Source: Octopus vulgaris (taxonomy: Eukaryota). From it: DNA of 64,000 nucleotides. The position numbers were made by a program, and so were the translations under genes. The notes below the pieces were generated by a model, which saw only the letters and a program-made list of their open reading frames with translations, did not search any database and was not told where the DNA came from. Positions 41,806-53,989 of this stretch are shown one piece after another (the first letter of the stretch is position 1; each line of letters opens with the position of its first letter). Where the stretch lies: contig OX597834.1 of the NCBI GenBank assembly GCA_951406725.2, positions 12,462,001-12,526,000 of the forward strand, given 5' to 3'.

Positions 41806-42384
41806 CGCCTATGTTAAAATATCTATGTCAAAATTTTATGTAAATGTCCATACATTTCAACTATGACGAAGAGAATACACTTTCGTGTAACTGCTACTTC
41901 ATGCAGGTCGTTGACTTAACGGGTAACTGTGACAAGAGTCTTTCCGAAGAACAGAGTAGTTGACGGAGTTTTAATGGCATTTACAATACTGGTTCTAACA
42001 TTCTACTTAGATAAAGAACAAATATGTTAGATATTCCTTCTCCTAACTTTTTCACAATTAAATATGAAGACAGATAGATCATACTCATATTATTTATAAT
42101 GTTAATGCGGCAGTGCTCTAGTACGAGCAATCAGCGATAGTAAATAATTCAATTGCTGTCTGTCTGGAACCAACGAAACTTTGCTTGTTTCAGACTATTA
42201 TATGAATGAAAAGAAATATTTTAAGACACCTGACTCGCAAGATTAAAAAAAAAAATATACAACAAAAATAGCTAAAACAGAAAAAGAAAAAAATAACAGG
42301 AAATAACTATGGAAACAAGAAGATATTTCTGTATTCTCCATCATTCTCAGTGGGACATTACCAGCCTCTCTCCTCCTCTCTCTT

Positions 42385-42399
42385 TATATGCATGCATGC

Positions 42400-42435
<36 letters not shown>

Positions 42436-42925
42436 GTAAATGTGTGTGTGTATATATATATATATTTAGTAAATGTGTGTGTATATATATATATATGTAA
42501 ATGTGTGTATATATATATATATATATGTAAATGTGTATATATATATATATATATGTAAATATGTGTATATATATATATATATATAAATATGTGTATATAT
42601 ATATATATATATATATGTAAATATGTGTATATATATATATATATATATGTAAATATGTGTATATATATATATATATATATATGTAAATATGTGTATATAT
42701 ATATAATATGTGTATATATATATATATATATTATGTAAATATGTGTATATATATATATATATATATATGTAAATGTGTGTATATATATATATATATATGT
42801 AAATGTGTGTATATATATATATATATAAATATGTGTATATATATATATATATATGTAAATGTGTGTATATATATATATATATATATGTAAATGTGTGTGT
42901 ATATATATATATATATATATGTAAA

Positions 42926-42970
<45 letters not shown>
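42385..42970. repeat. Higher-order microsatellite, unit gtaaat(a/g)tgtg(ta)n
   Basis: taaat interruptions recur at ~30-bp spacing. Confidence 0.92.
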
Positions 42971-42975
<5 letters not shown>

Positions 42976-43689
42976 TCAGAATGAATACCTGAAATATATC
43001 TGTTAACGTATTTATTGTATGAATTTTGTTTCAATTACATTTTTTCCTCAGAAGAATACTTCTGAAGTGAGTTGGGCTGAGCTGGGCTGTCGCCTGGATT
43101 CAAATGCTATGCTTTTGCGATAATGTACATAAGAAGAGATCTAAGTAAAAATTTCTCCAGTAAGATTAGTCAGACACATTCTTGGAAGCAGTTACTTTCG
43201 TTGTGTGTGTGAGTGTGTGTTTTATTTTATTTTTTAAAACGTTTAAACGAATATATAATAATTAGTCATGTAATGCACAGATGTAGACTTTAAAGACCAA
43301 CGAAAAATAAGCGAATAAAACAATAATGAAATAGCAGCAAAAGAATTACATATGTTTCGTCGTTGCAGGTGACGAATATTTAATGCAATAAAACGTCTGC
43401 TTTCATTTCTATCTTCATAGTTATTTACTTATTCATTCATCCATTCATTGTTCAGAGAACTGCTGGTATTAATATTACTGCGACTATTACACTATCATAC
43501 ATATACTGTAACACAGCGTTATGATAATGTACGTACATATGATTACACACATACACATATATATACATATGTTTATAATATATATATATATATATGTTTA
43601 AGTGTGAGTGTGTGTGCACGCACGCATATATATATATATGTGTGTGCACGCACGCACATATATATATATATATATATAAATATATATAT

Positions 43690-43878
43690 AGGGTGTCAAC
43701 ACCATGATCGTAAGATTGTGGGTCGATTCCTGGACCGGGCAACGCGTTGTGTTCTTGAGCAAAAGACTTCATTTCACGTTGCTCCAGTCCACTCAGCTGG
43801 CAATAATTAGTAACGCTGCGATGGACTGCCCCCCCCCCCCGTCCAGCTGGGGAACATATATGCCATAGAAACCGGGCT
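43690..43878 (+). mobile_element. tRNA-derived SINE with a Deu/Nin-like conserved central domain
   Basis: B box gggtcgattcc, tgtgttcttgagcaaa, ctgcgatggactg...cccgtccag and atgccatagaaaccggg motifs; domain assignment from recollection. Confidence 0.55.
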
Positions 43879-43882
43879 CATT

Positions 43883-43920
<38 letters not shown>

Positions 43921-44008
43921 AATGTTGCTATATAAAAACTTAAGGTATTTTAGAGTCGTTTTATGGCTGCTAATTTCAGCATGGTGCTATCTCGTAGACT
44001 GCCTAATT

Positions 44009-44043
<35 letters not shown>

Positions 44044-44839
44044 ACCCATATATGGTTATGAGTTCCTTCAAATACACCAACATAGATATGTATATATGTA
44101 CGTATGTGCATGTGTGTAAGTAAATTGCAGTGTGTTTTCAGGTACGTGAATGTGTTTAGATACACCTAACGGCATTATAGGCACACTCATTTAAACTTAT
44201 TACTGTCACTTTAAAAAAATTTTCAAATTCTCAATTTTCAATTCTGACTTCAAGTTTCAACTATTTAAATTGCATTTCCTTTCTCCCCGCCAAGCTAAGA
44301 ATTGAACTAAAACATGTAGCTTTCAGATGAATTAAAGTACATTTCTCTACCTTTTCCTGTACGGAGAATGACATCAAATATATTGCAACATATTCCAAAT
44401 GCACTGATTTCACAAATTCACGAAAATGTCCAAGGTACTTAGTCTAGGAACGCATACGATTTATAATGTTTATATTGGTTTTAAATTTTTGACACAAGGT
44501 CAACCATTTCGCTGATGGAGGTAAGCCTAATTGTTTTATTACCTATAAAGGCCAACTTAGAAGCTTGTCGACAAATACAAAACAAAGACAGTACAAAACG
44601 TGTCAAAGCATAAACTCGGGGAACTAAACATTCACAAGAAGTGGGTGAATTTAGAAGAAAAATTAAAATAAGTGAATGATAATATAAAATATTGAAAATG
44701 AGGCGCAATGCAAACTCGAAACCCGAAGTCAGGTGTTTACATTTTCACAGTCTTTTCTTTTTTTAAAAAAATCTACATATATACATTTTTTCACAGATAT
44801 TTTTTTCTTTCTTTTAAAACAATTTTTTTAAAATAAAAA

Positions 44840-45435
44840 AATTCCTTGATATCTCTATTCTTTTCAACTTCTCGTATTCCAATGCAGGAGGTGTATCTTC
44901 AACCTACCAGAACTCATATACCGTTTTCAAATGTTCCAAAAATGCATCCATAAATCTCTCAAAATTTCCTTCAGGTATCCAAACACCTCTATCATCAATA
45001 TCGAATCCTTCTCTCGGCAGTTTCACTCTTACCAGTGCCTCCTACTTCGCTATCTTTTTTTCTGCGTCCACATTGCCAAGTAAGCCTTATTTTTGTACTC
45101 TTCCATAGTTTCTTGCGTATTTTTGACTTCGCTTCGTTCCTTCCCTTTGTTTGACTCTTTCTTTTCCGTTGGATACTCTCTTCTCTTTGCCTTTTCCCTT
45201 ATTTTGGGGCTGACAAAGCCATCACTCCCCTCTTTCAACTCGATCCTTTCCTTCTTTACGTCTCTCGTTTCTATTTTCCTTTTACTGTTCCTCTTCTTTT
45301 TTCACTCAGAGTAAATTCAAACAAGGGTCACTGAGCCTTCATATGGCCCCATGTCCCGCAAATACAACAATTAGGACGTCTTCTTTCTACCACTACATTC
45401 AACCTACCTCCTTCCTCAATCGCTGATGGCGGTAA
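44840..45435 (-). pseudogene. Decayed gag/ORF1-like fragment with CCHC zinc knuckle
   Basis: GGRLNVVVERRRPNCCICGTWGHMKAQ*P fits CX2CX4HX4C with the last Cys mutated to TGA; followed by a K/E-rich region. Confidence 0.65.
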
Positions 45436-45674
45436 GCCTAATTCTTTATTATCCGTAGAAAGGATATACAAATATGTCTGACGATACACAAAGACAACAC
45501 AATATAAAGACAGTACAAAACTTAAAGTCGAGGAACTAAAATAACAACAAGGGAGATTGAGTAATAACAAAAACAAATAAAAACTAATGATATTATGAAA
45601 GAATGACAAAATAAGGCGCAATGCCCATTCGATCCCCGAAGCCAAGTGATTATATTAACATATGATTTTTACAG

Positions 45675-45900
45675 TTTTATTCTCTTTTTTTCATTTTTCA
45701 AATTAAAAATTCACATTGCTACATTATTTTAGAGTTTTTTCTCTTTTTTCATATTAAAAATTCACATTAATACATTATTTTAGAGTTTCTCTTTTTTTCA
45801 TTTTGAAAATTAAAAGTTCACGTTAATACATTATTTCAGAGTCTTTTCTCTTTTTTTAATTTTTAAAATTAAAGGTGCACATTAATATATGTCTTTACAG
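45675..45900. repeat. Minisatellite, four units of ~50-60 bp
   Basis: tctcttttttca...attaaaa(a/g)ttcac(a/g)ttaatacattattt(t/c)agagt repeated. Confidence 0.8.
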
Positions 45901-46199
45901 TTAATTAAAATTAAATATTCACCTGTTCATTTTTTTCTTATATCCTCATACTCTACCACAAAGGGTGAGATGTAACACAACCATATTACGTCAAACAACT
46001 CCTCCAAATGAATCCAAAAATCTCTCGTACCCGCTGTCATGCACCTAAACACATCCGTCATCCGCGTCAAACTACTCTTTGAGCAGTCCACTCTCTCCTC
46101 TCCGCCATTCCACTCTCCACACTTCCCTTGTAGGCCATCAGCTCACCTCTACGACTACACTCTACCTCACTCGCAGCTCCCTCCACCAGATGGCGGTAG

Positions 46200-46545
46200 G
46201 TCTATCATATCGACTGCAGTGCTCAACTGGAACTTATTTAACCGACCTGAAAGATGAAAGGAAAAGTCGACCGCGGAGGAATTTGACCGCAGAACGTAAA
46301 GACGAATAAAATACCACTGAACATTTTAATTGGCGTGCTAGCGAGTCTGTCAGCTCGCCGCCATTTTTTTCTTCACTTCATGATATATTAGTTTCAAATT
46401 TTGGCAAAGGCCAGTAATTTTGGCAGATGGAGTTAGTCGATCCACTGGTGTTTATTTCGTCGAAACCTAAGGGTCGAACGACAAGAGGGACCTCGGTGGA
46501 ATTTGAACTCAGAAACTAAACAAGAAGGAAATGCCGCTAAGAGTA
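46200..46545 (-). mobile_element. Two old SINE family B copies
   Basis: gaaagatgaaaggaaaagtcgacc, ggcgtgctagcgagtctgtcagctcgccgcc, ggaatttgaactcagaa motifs. Confidence 0.7.
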
Positions 46546-46968
46546 TTGCCTTATGATATTTATGTTGATAATAAATTCCTAAATCTAAGTGAATGAATTC
46601 GCAGAACCGTTAAAGCCTCGTGGATATAACTTTGACTTATACACTCCGTGCCTGTAAATCTCTGAGATGAAATCTCCTCGACATGAATTTGGCCATTAAT
46701 CATTATGAAATCTGTAGATTAAAATACCAGCGACTGGGCAGGGTTCCATTCCATAAATTGGTAATGCTGTCAATCAGATGACTTGAGCCAGAAAACTATT
46801 GCGGAGTTATATTCATAGCTAAATTTGACCCAACTATCTTTAACCCTGGATACGATAAAGATGCTATAATATATATATACGTACATATATATGTATACAT
46901 ATATATTTATGTATCTACATATAAATATAACCATACTTTATTTAAAAGCAGCAGAAATATAAGAAAAG

Positions 46969-47006
46969 CTGTTACTCAGAGTTTGACGTTCCCGTTCGTT
47001 GGGCAG
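46969..47006 (-). ncRNA. Hammerhead-shaped relic with mutated core
   Basis: Minus strand CTGC CCAACGA ACG-GGAA-CGT CAAA CTC-T-GAG TA ACAG; the stems pair and a GUA triplet is present, but the core is degenerate. Confidence 0.4.
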
Positions 47007-47206
47007 TTTTGTTAAAATAGAACAGAAATAACTATATAATCAAAATTAAAAGGAGAGACCTTTACAACTGGATTTGTTTCATTGGTCCTTTCAAAAACGG
47101 TATTAAGCATGCGATAAACAAAATTAATGAATTCAATATAAATTGATCCTATTATTAAAAAAAATAGAGGAAAAACCTTAAATCGAATAGCGGATTCAAA
47201 ATACAT

Positions 47207-47458
47207 ATCGATATAATGGACTACCCTTCCTGTCTAAAACTGCCGGAACTGTACCAATATTTGAAACCATTATTTCAGTACATCTTATGTCGCTGCCTTT
47301 GCAGATTTATTAGACAGTCGAGTAAAAGCATTGCGTTGTATGTTCTGGTGTATTGTGTTCAAAGTTCAAATCACACCGTAGATGTACTGAAATAATGGTT
47401 TCAAATATTGGTACAGTTCCGGCAGTTTTAGACAGGAAGGGTAGTCCATTATATCGAT
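47207..47458. repeat. Perfect inverted repeat, 79-bp arms, 94-bp spacer
   Basis: 47207-47285 is the exact reverse complement of 47380-47458. Confidence 0.95.
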
Positions 47459-49555
47459 TACCTTTGCTTTTCGTTCCTGTAGATTCGTTAAATAAAGCAT
47501 TTGGCATGTATTTAGGTTGATCCACTAAACAGCTTCTTCTCGAAAATGCTTGCTTTGTGTCTCAATTAGAAATAATTATTTTGCTACGGCGTGCGAGGAA
47601 TCCTCTACCTTCACACTTTATCAGCTAGAAATATCAGCCAATATCTTCTCCAATTAAACATTTTTTATCCTAAATAGTTTGAGGAAATTGTATAAATTCT
47701 TTAGCGTCTTAAAACATTTATTTACGTTTCCAGTGAGGCGTTTGGCTTGGTAGTTTGGGTATTCGACTCACGATCGAAAATCGTGTGTTCGATTCACAGT
47801 GGCATCTTATCGATAATTCTATCTTCATCAATATTTGCTCAACTCTGTACGTTCCGAGTTCAAAAATTATTGCGAGAAATTTTGTATATTGTCTTTTCTG
47901 TGTCAATAAACGAATGTACATACGAATGTGTGTCTGCATAATATACGTTTCCATTTATGGAAGACTAGGACATCCCTTTCTCATACTCATACATATTGTA
48001 TCTATGAGCTTATTATTTAGTCTGTGGATAGTCTGTAATGTTTATACTTTGTAATCTGAAGGAGGTTTGAATAATAAATTTCCTAGATTTGGTTATGGCA
48101 TAGACGCCTCCCTATCAGCTTTATGTTTTCCTGATTTTATTGTCATTTTCTCTTTCTCTCTCTATCTCCCTATGACCTTTTTTTTTTGTTATCTTACGCC
48201 AGGTAATTCTTAATCCAGCAATTCCTTAGTCCAAAAGCATCTATTGCCTGTTGTCCTAGGGTTACGATTTCTAATATATCTAACTGTATGTAGAATTCTA
48301 ACGTTTCTTCCCTTAAGACTTTGGCTTTTAATTCCTTGCCGATTTTGTCTGCTATTTCTAGCTGTATAATTGTTTTGCGTTTGTTAGTTATGGAAAGAAA
48401 ACTGTTTTAAGTAAACGAACGCATGGAATGTAAATGGTAATCTTATTAACGGCATAAACACGGAATATTCGGAACTTGGCAAGATGAAGGACTTTTCTCG
48501 TCTAGAGAACAAAGAAGATTTGATGAAGCTAGCACGAGTAGGAAGTATGGATGTTTGACAAGTGTTATGGTACAAGATATACAGAGGTAAATGGAAAGAG
48601 ACGGAAAAACTTGTACTAACTATTTGGGTGAAATTCCAAAAAATTATTGAAGGAAAAATAATAGGCGTATTAACCGAAAATATATGCAGAGAAGAAAAAG
48701 ATTTAAGATACGGGTGTTGAACTAATATGAGTTAAATTGGATGCTGAAATACCAGTTGAGGAAATAGAAGAATTTATTAATTGCAGGTAGAGGGGTATGG
48801 ATTTTGCATGAAACGTTTCTTCAGGGTATTTCAAGTAAGAATGTTATCGAATAAGGAAATCGATAATTAGATTCTCTGATATTGTCGACCTCTGTGTATT
48901 AATAGCTCTTATTGTAATTTAGACTATCGGCATGAAAGGCAAAGCTAAATCTAGGTGGTTTTCAACTTTCTATATTAGCAGGAAGTATCTAAATAATATT
49001 AGGTATTTAGTTCGGAGTTCTAATGATCTCACTAAATCTGTTGAGTCTTAAGGGAATAAAGACAAACGTTGCTTTTGTTTCACACTTCAGAGAAGTGATG
49101 TTTAAGTGGGGTATCAGTGGCGTTTATATACGCAGATATATGCGGGAGACTTAGTTTATCGAATCTGGGGGATGAAACAGATCTATGAAATTTGTTGATT
49201 CCAAGCTGAGAATGAAACAAAAAGACAATGTATCTAAATACTTGAAGTTATTTCACCGCTGTTCCTTGTTGCATTGTTCATGGATCCTTCTTTGAAGAAC
49301 AATCATTGTAGATCATTAATTTTCTTCAAGAGAAGGTCTTGCACGTTTCACGCCAAAAATCTTCGGTTTTTGTTATAATAAGTTGTTGCAGTTGATCCTG
49401 TATAACATTTTACACGTTGCCAACTGAGAGAGAGAGAGAGAGAAAGAAAGAGGAGAGAAAGAGAGAGGGAGAAAGAAGGAGAGAATGTGTGCGTGAGAGA
49501 GAGAATAATTAGTACCAATATATTACTGGTACTTTTGAAATATCAGTTATTCGTT

Positions 49556-49873
49556 TATTCTTTTACATGTTTCAGTCATTTGACTGCGGTCATGCTGGAG
49601 CACCGCCTTCAGTCGAGCAAATCGGCCCCAGGTCTTATCCTTTGTAAGTCGAGTACTTATTATATCGTTCTCTTTTGCCGAACCGCTAAGTTACGGGATG
49701 TAAATACACCAGCATCGGATGTCAAGCGATGTTGGGAGGGGAACAAACACGGACACACATACATATACACATATATACGCAGAACTACTTTCAGTTTCCG
49801 TCTATAAAGTCCACTCACAAGGCCTTGGTCGGCCCAAAGTTATAGTAGAAGACACTTGCCCAAGGTGCCACGT
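49556..49873 (-). mobile_element. SINE family A, head truncated
   Basis: Body and tail present; stops at caaggtgccacg. Confidence 0.87.
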
Positions 49874-49914
49874 AATGCGACAGACAGACAGAATGGCCGA
49901 TGTGGTAACGATTC

Positions 49915-50330
49915 TTTTTTTTTTTTACTGCCCAGAAGGGGCTACACACAGAGGGGACAAACAAGGACAAACAAATGGATTAAGTCAATTATATCGATCC
50001 CAGTGCGTAACTTCTACTTAATTTATCGACCCCAAAAGGATGCAAGGCAAAGTCGACCTCGTCGGAATTTGAACTCAGAACGTAGTGGCAGACGAAATAC
50101 CCATTTCTTTACTACCCACAAGGGGCTAAACACAGGACAAACAAGGACAGACAAACAGATCAAGTCGATTACATCGACCCTAGTGCGTAACTGGTACTTA
50201 TTTAATGGACCCTGAAAGGATGAAAGGCCAAGTCGACCTCGGCGGCATTTGAACTCAGAACGTAGCGGCAGACCAAATACCTCCTTACATTTCGCCCGGC
50301 GTGCTAACGTTTCTGCCAGCTCACCACCTT
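49915..50330 (-). mobile_element. SINE family B, two tandem units plus head
   Basis: Junction gacgaaatacccatttctttactacc at ~50091-50116; head ends ccagctcaccacctt. Confidence 0.88.
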
Positions 50331-50799
50331 AAGCATAAAAGTGATAATAATCATGTTTTCTACTAAAAGTACAATTCTAGCGTTTCACTGGTTCTTAATT
50401 AATCGGCGCCAAAAGGACGAAAGATGAGGTGGATTTCGTTAGAATTTGAACTTAGAATATAGCAACGCGCTAAATAACTAAGTTTCTCGTCCAGCTTGCG
50501 AATGATTCTACCTGCTCGTCGACTTAATAATAATAATAATAATAATAATAAAAGTAATGATGATGATAATTATAATGATAATCATTTCTACTATATGTAC
50601 TAGGCCTGAAATTTGAGGGGAGGGGTACAACTTCATTACATCGACCCAGCACTTGACTGGTACATATTTCATCGAATGAAAGACAAAGTCGACCTCGGCG
50701 GAATTTGAACACAGAACGTAAATTTGCCCGCGTGCTAACGTTTCTGCCAGTTCGACGCCCTAATAATAATAATGATAATAATAATAATAATAAATATTG

Positions 50800-51095
50800 T
50801 ATTTTTCAAAATATAAATAGAGGTAACTTTAATGTGGAATCTAGAAACAAAGACAATTCCTGTTATAGTAGGTGCATTAGGTATGATAAAAAATATTCAG
50901 ACAACTACATGGCAAAAACACCAGGACTTGTAAATATATATAGCATACATAAGATTGCACTACTGGGCGCTGCACACATCCTACGCAAAACACTTTCAAT
51001 ACAGTAACTGTAAAAGCATCACCGCAAACTACAGCAAATACCGAAGGCACACCGGGCTGCGCTCGGTAGTAAAGTGAAAGCACGATAAAAAAATA
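50800..51095 (+). mobile_element. 3' end of an R4/Dong-clade (REL-endonuclease) LINE
   Basis: MWNLETKTIPVIVGALGMIK / KYSDNYMAKTPGLVNIYSIHKIALLGAAHILRKTLSIQ* with one frameshift; sits in (TAA)n context. Confidence 0.78.
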
Positions 51096-51098
51096 AAA

Positions 51099-51291
51099 CT
51101 CTTTACTCTTTTATTTGTTTCAGTCATTTGACTGTGGCCTTGCTGGAGCACCGCCTTTTAGTCGAGCGAATCGACCCCAGGACTTATTCATCGGTCTCTT
51201 TTGCCGAACCGCTAAGTTACGGGGACGTAAACACACCAGCATCGGTTGTCAAGCGATGTTGGGGGGGACACACAGAGAGACACAAACATAT

Positions 51292-51330
<39 letters not shown>

Positions 51331-51515
51331 CATACATATATATATATATATACGATGGGCTTCTTTCAGTTTCCGTCTACCAAATCCACTCACAAGGCTT
51401 TGGTCGGGCCGAGGCTATAGTAGAAGACACTTGCCTAAGGTGCCACGCAGTGGGATTGAACCCGGAACCATGTGGTTGGTAAGCAAGCTACTTACCACAC
51501 AGCCACTCTTACGCC
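51099..51515 (-). mobile_element. SINE family A, full length
   Basis: Colinear with other copies. Confidence 0.9.
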
Positions 51516-52960
51516 TCAATAATAATAATAATAATAATGATCATGGCTGGAAACAACTATAACCGCTCCAGGAATGCATTTAAATCACCAGGAAGGAAAT
51601 CATCACCAATGTTTATTATGACAGATATTAAACCAGTTGTTTTAGGTTTTAGGTACGATCAGTTAATTTCTACTTGAAATATTGTGTGTAGTATTCAGAA
51701 CTTGGGGAACTTTAATACGTATGAAGAAAGACAAATGTCCTGCAGGAATGGAAGAGGTGCATTTAACAAAATGAAAATACGGAGAAGTAAGTATGATTGA
51801 GTTACTGAGACGGATGTTGAAAGCAATCAGAACAAAGTACGCACCTTCTTATTTTGCTGCTGCTGTTGCTTCTACTACTACTACTACTACTACTACAGTT
51901 GCTGTTCCGTGAGTAGAGCACAGAGAAATAAATTTCATAATGTCCACTTATATTTACTTTAGCGTTAATTTGAGGGTGAAATCGAGGAAATAAATTTGAA
52001 ATCAAACATGAAAAACGTACGCCGAGGATAAATTAAAAGCTGACATCAAAAAGATTGATTCGAAAGACGTGACAACGTTGAATAATCAAAGCAGAAGGAG
52101 TTAATAAACATGGAAAAAATATTTGCAGATTGCAAACTTGGGAAATATATATGAAACACAATATTCACATGACGTTGATGAAAGCGGTGCATATATCTAC
52201 AATTATTGCGTAGCTAAAATTAACACATTTCTCCTGAGACTGTACATACACATACATACGTACGTACATACATACGTACGTACGTACATACATACGTACG
52301 TACGTACATACATACGTACGTACGTACATAGATACATATATGGTTCATTAAATTTTATATTACAGTTTGGTCGTTATACATTTCACATTCATCAATATTT
52401 GCGAACGTAAATAACTTAAACAAATACCTAATCAATTGTAAATTTATAATAAATCTAAATAACTGCACATTACGCCATAAATGTTCTACAAACGTTGAAT
52501 AAGACGACGAAGAATTTCGGTGACGTTGAAGGTTACTCAATTCTACAAAATGTTAACAGGAATTTTAGATTATGGCCGAGGATAATGAAATATTTATTCA
52601 TAAGCAGCTGGTAATGATGGACTGCAGTCTTAACGTTTAGATATGCTAATATTTTACTGTCGAATAATCGCAGAAAATTTAATTTGTATACACGTGTCAG
52701 AAACCAATTATTGAAATGGAGTGCCTAAGATTTATATTCCTTCTAGAATTCAATCCATACATTGGATTATCTATAGGAATTTTAGAATAACACCCAATAA
52801 TTCTTGTCTGATATTTTATTTTATTTTATAAACTTGTACGAGTTGACTGACAAAATGTACTCGCAAAATGCTTTAACTCAGAATGTAAAGGGAGATAAAT
52901 ATCACTTGAAGCATTTTGCCTGTCTTACTATGCACTGTTTTTTTTATTTATATTACAGAT

Positions 52961-53352
52961 AGACGCAGGAGTGGCTGAGTGTTAACTTGCTTACCAACCA
53001 GATGGTTCCGGGTTCAGTCCCACTGCGTGGCACTTCAGGAAATTGTCTTCTACTATAGCCTCAGGCAGACCAAAGACTTGAATGAATTTGGCAGACGGAA
53101 ATTGAAAGAAGCCCGTCGTATGCATGTATATATATATATATGTGTGTGTGTTTGTGTGTCTGTGTTTGTCCTCTCAACATCGCTTGATAACCGATGCTAG
53201 TTTATTTTCGTTCCCGTAACTTTGCGGTTCGGCAAAAGAGACCGATAGAATAAGTACTAGACTTACAAAGAATAAGTCCTGGGGTCGATGAGCTCGACTT
53301 AAAGCGATGCTCGAGCATGGCCGCAGTCAGATGACTGAAACAAGTAAAAGAG
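52961..53352 (+). mobile_element. SINE family A, full length
   Basis: gacgcaggagtggctgag ... gggttcagtccc ... gactgaaacaagtaaaagag. Confidence 0.9.
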
Positions 53353-53561
53353 AGAAAAGAAAGAGAAGAATATTCTGGTAGCTTGTGAACGTGGATTCAC
53401 TCTTCACACTATCGAATATTCTAGTACAAACGAATGTAGAAGCTTAGTCGCATGAGTTTCAAGTTCTCTTCAGACAAAAAGTATATAAACCAAGCGTGAC
53501 AAACTAATGTAATATAATTGGTTATCACAATCGTGGAATACTTAAAACAGCAAAACATCTC

Positions 53562-53989
53562 CGATCTTTTCGGTTTGAACGGGAGTTTTTTCTAGCGGTG
53601 TCATATGAAATTGTCACCCATAATTATGACACTAGAATCGATCTATTGCATTTCAATCTATTTTAGATTTAGGGTTAGTTAGGGTTAGGCGTGGGGGGAA
53701 GGATATCTTTTTTCTTCACAAATGTAAATAAACCCAATCTGTTTCTTAAATGAGGGACATATTCATACGGCACAGAATGATTTTTTAAACCTCAATAGAC
53801 GTCAGTGATTGGTTGAAATTGCAGAAATTGAAGAAAAAAATAACAAATATCTTACAAACCATAGAATTTCCTCAATAAAGCCAAGAGCAAAAGATGTTTT
53901 ATAAACACATTCTACCAGTATACGAAGTTTAAAATGTTTTAGTTACCTAGAAATTATGTTAAAAACTGCCGTTCAAACCGAAAAGATCC
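53562..53989. mobile_element. Complete MITE with ~28-bp TIRs and 8-bp TSD (Merlin-like)
   Basis: TIRs (c/g)gatcttttcggtttgaacgg..gtttt / aaaactgccgttcaaaccgaaaagatcc; aacatctc at 53554-53561 and 53990-53997; internal ttagggttag repeats. Confidence 0.85.

Noticed and set aside
43341-43380. GAC GAAA CATATG TA half-hammerhead on the minus strand
   Set aside because: Stem III and triplet resemble the 26357 motif, but no CUGANGA box is present.
48200-48830. Stop-riddled frames reminiscent of LINE ORF1
   Set aside because: No diagnostic motif; cannot be assigned without a search.
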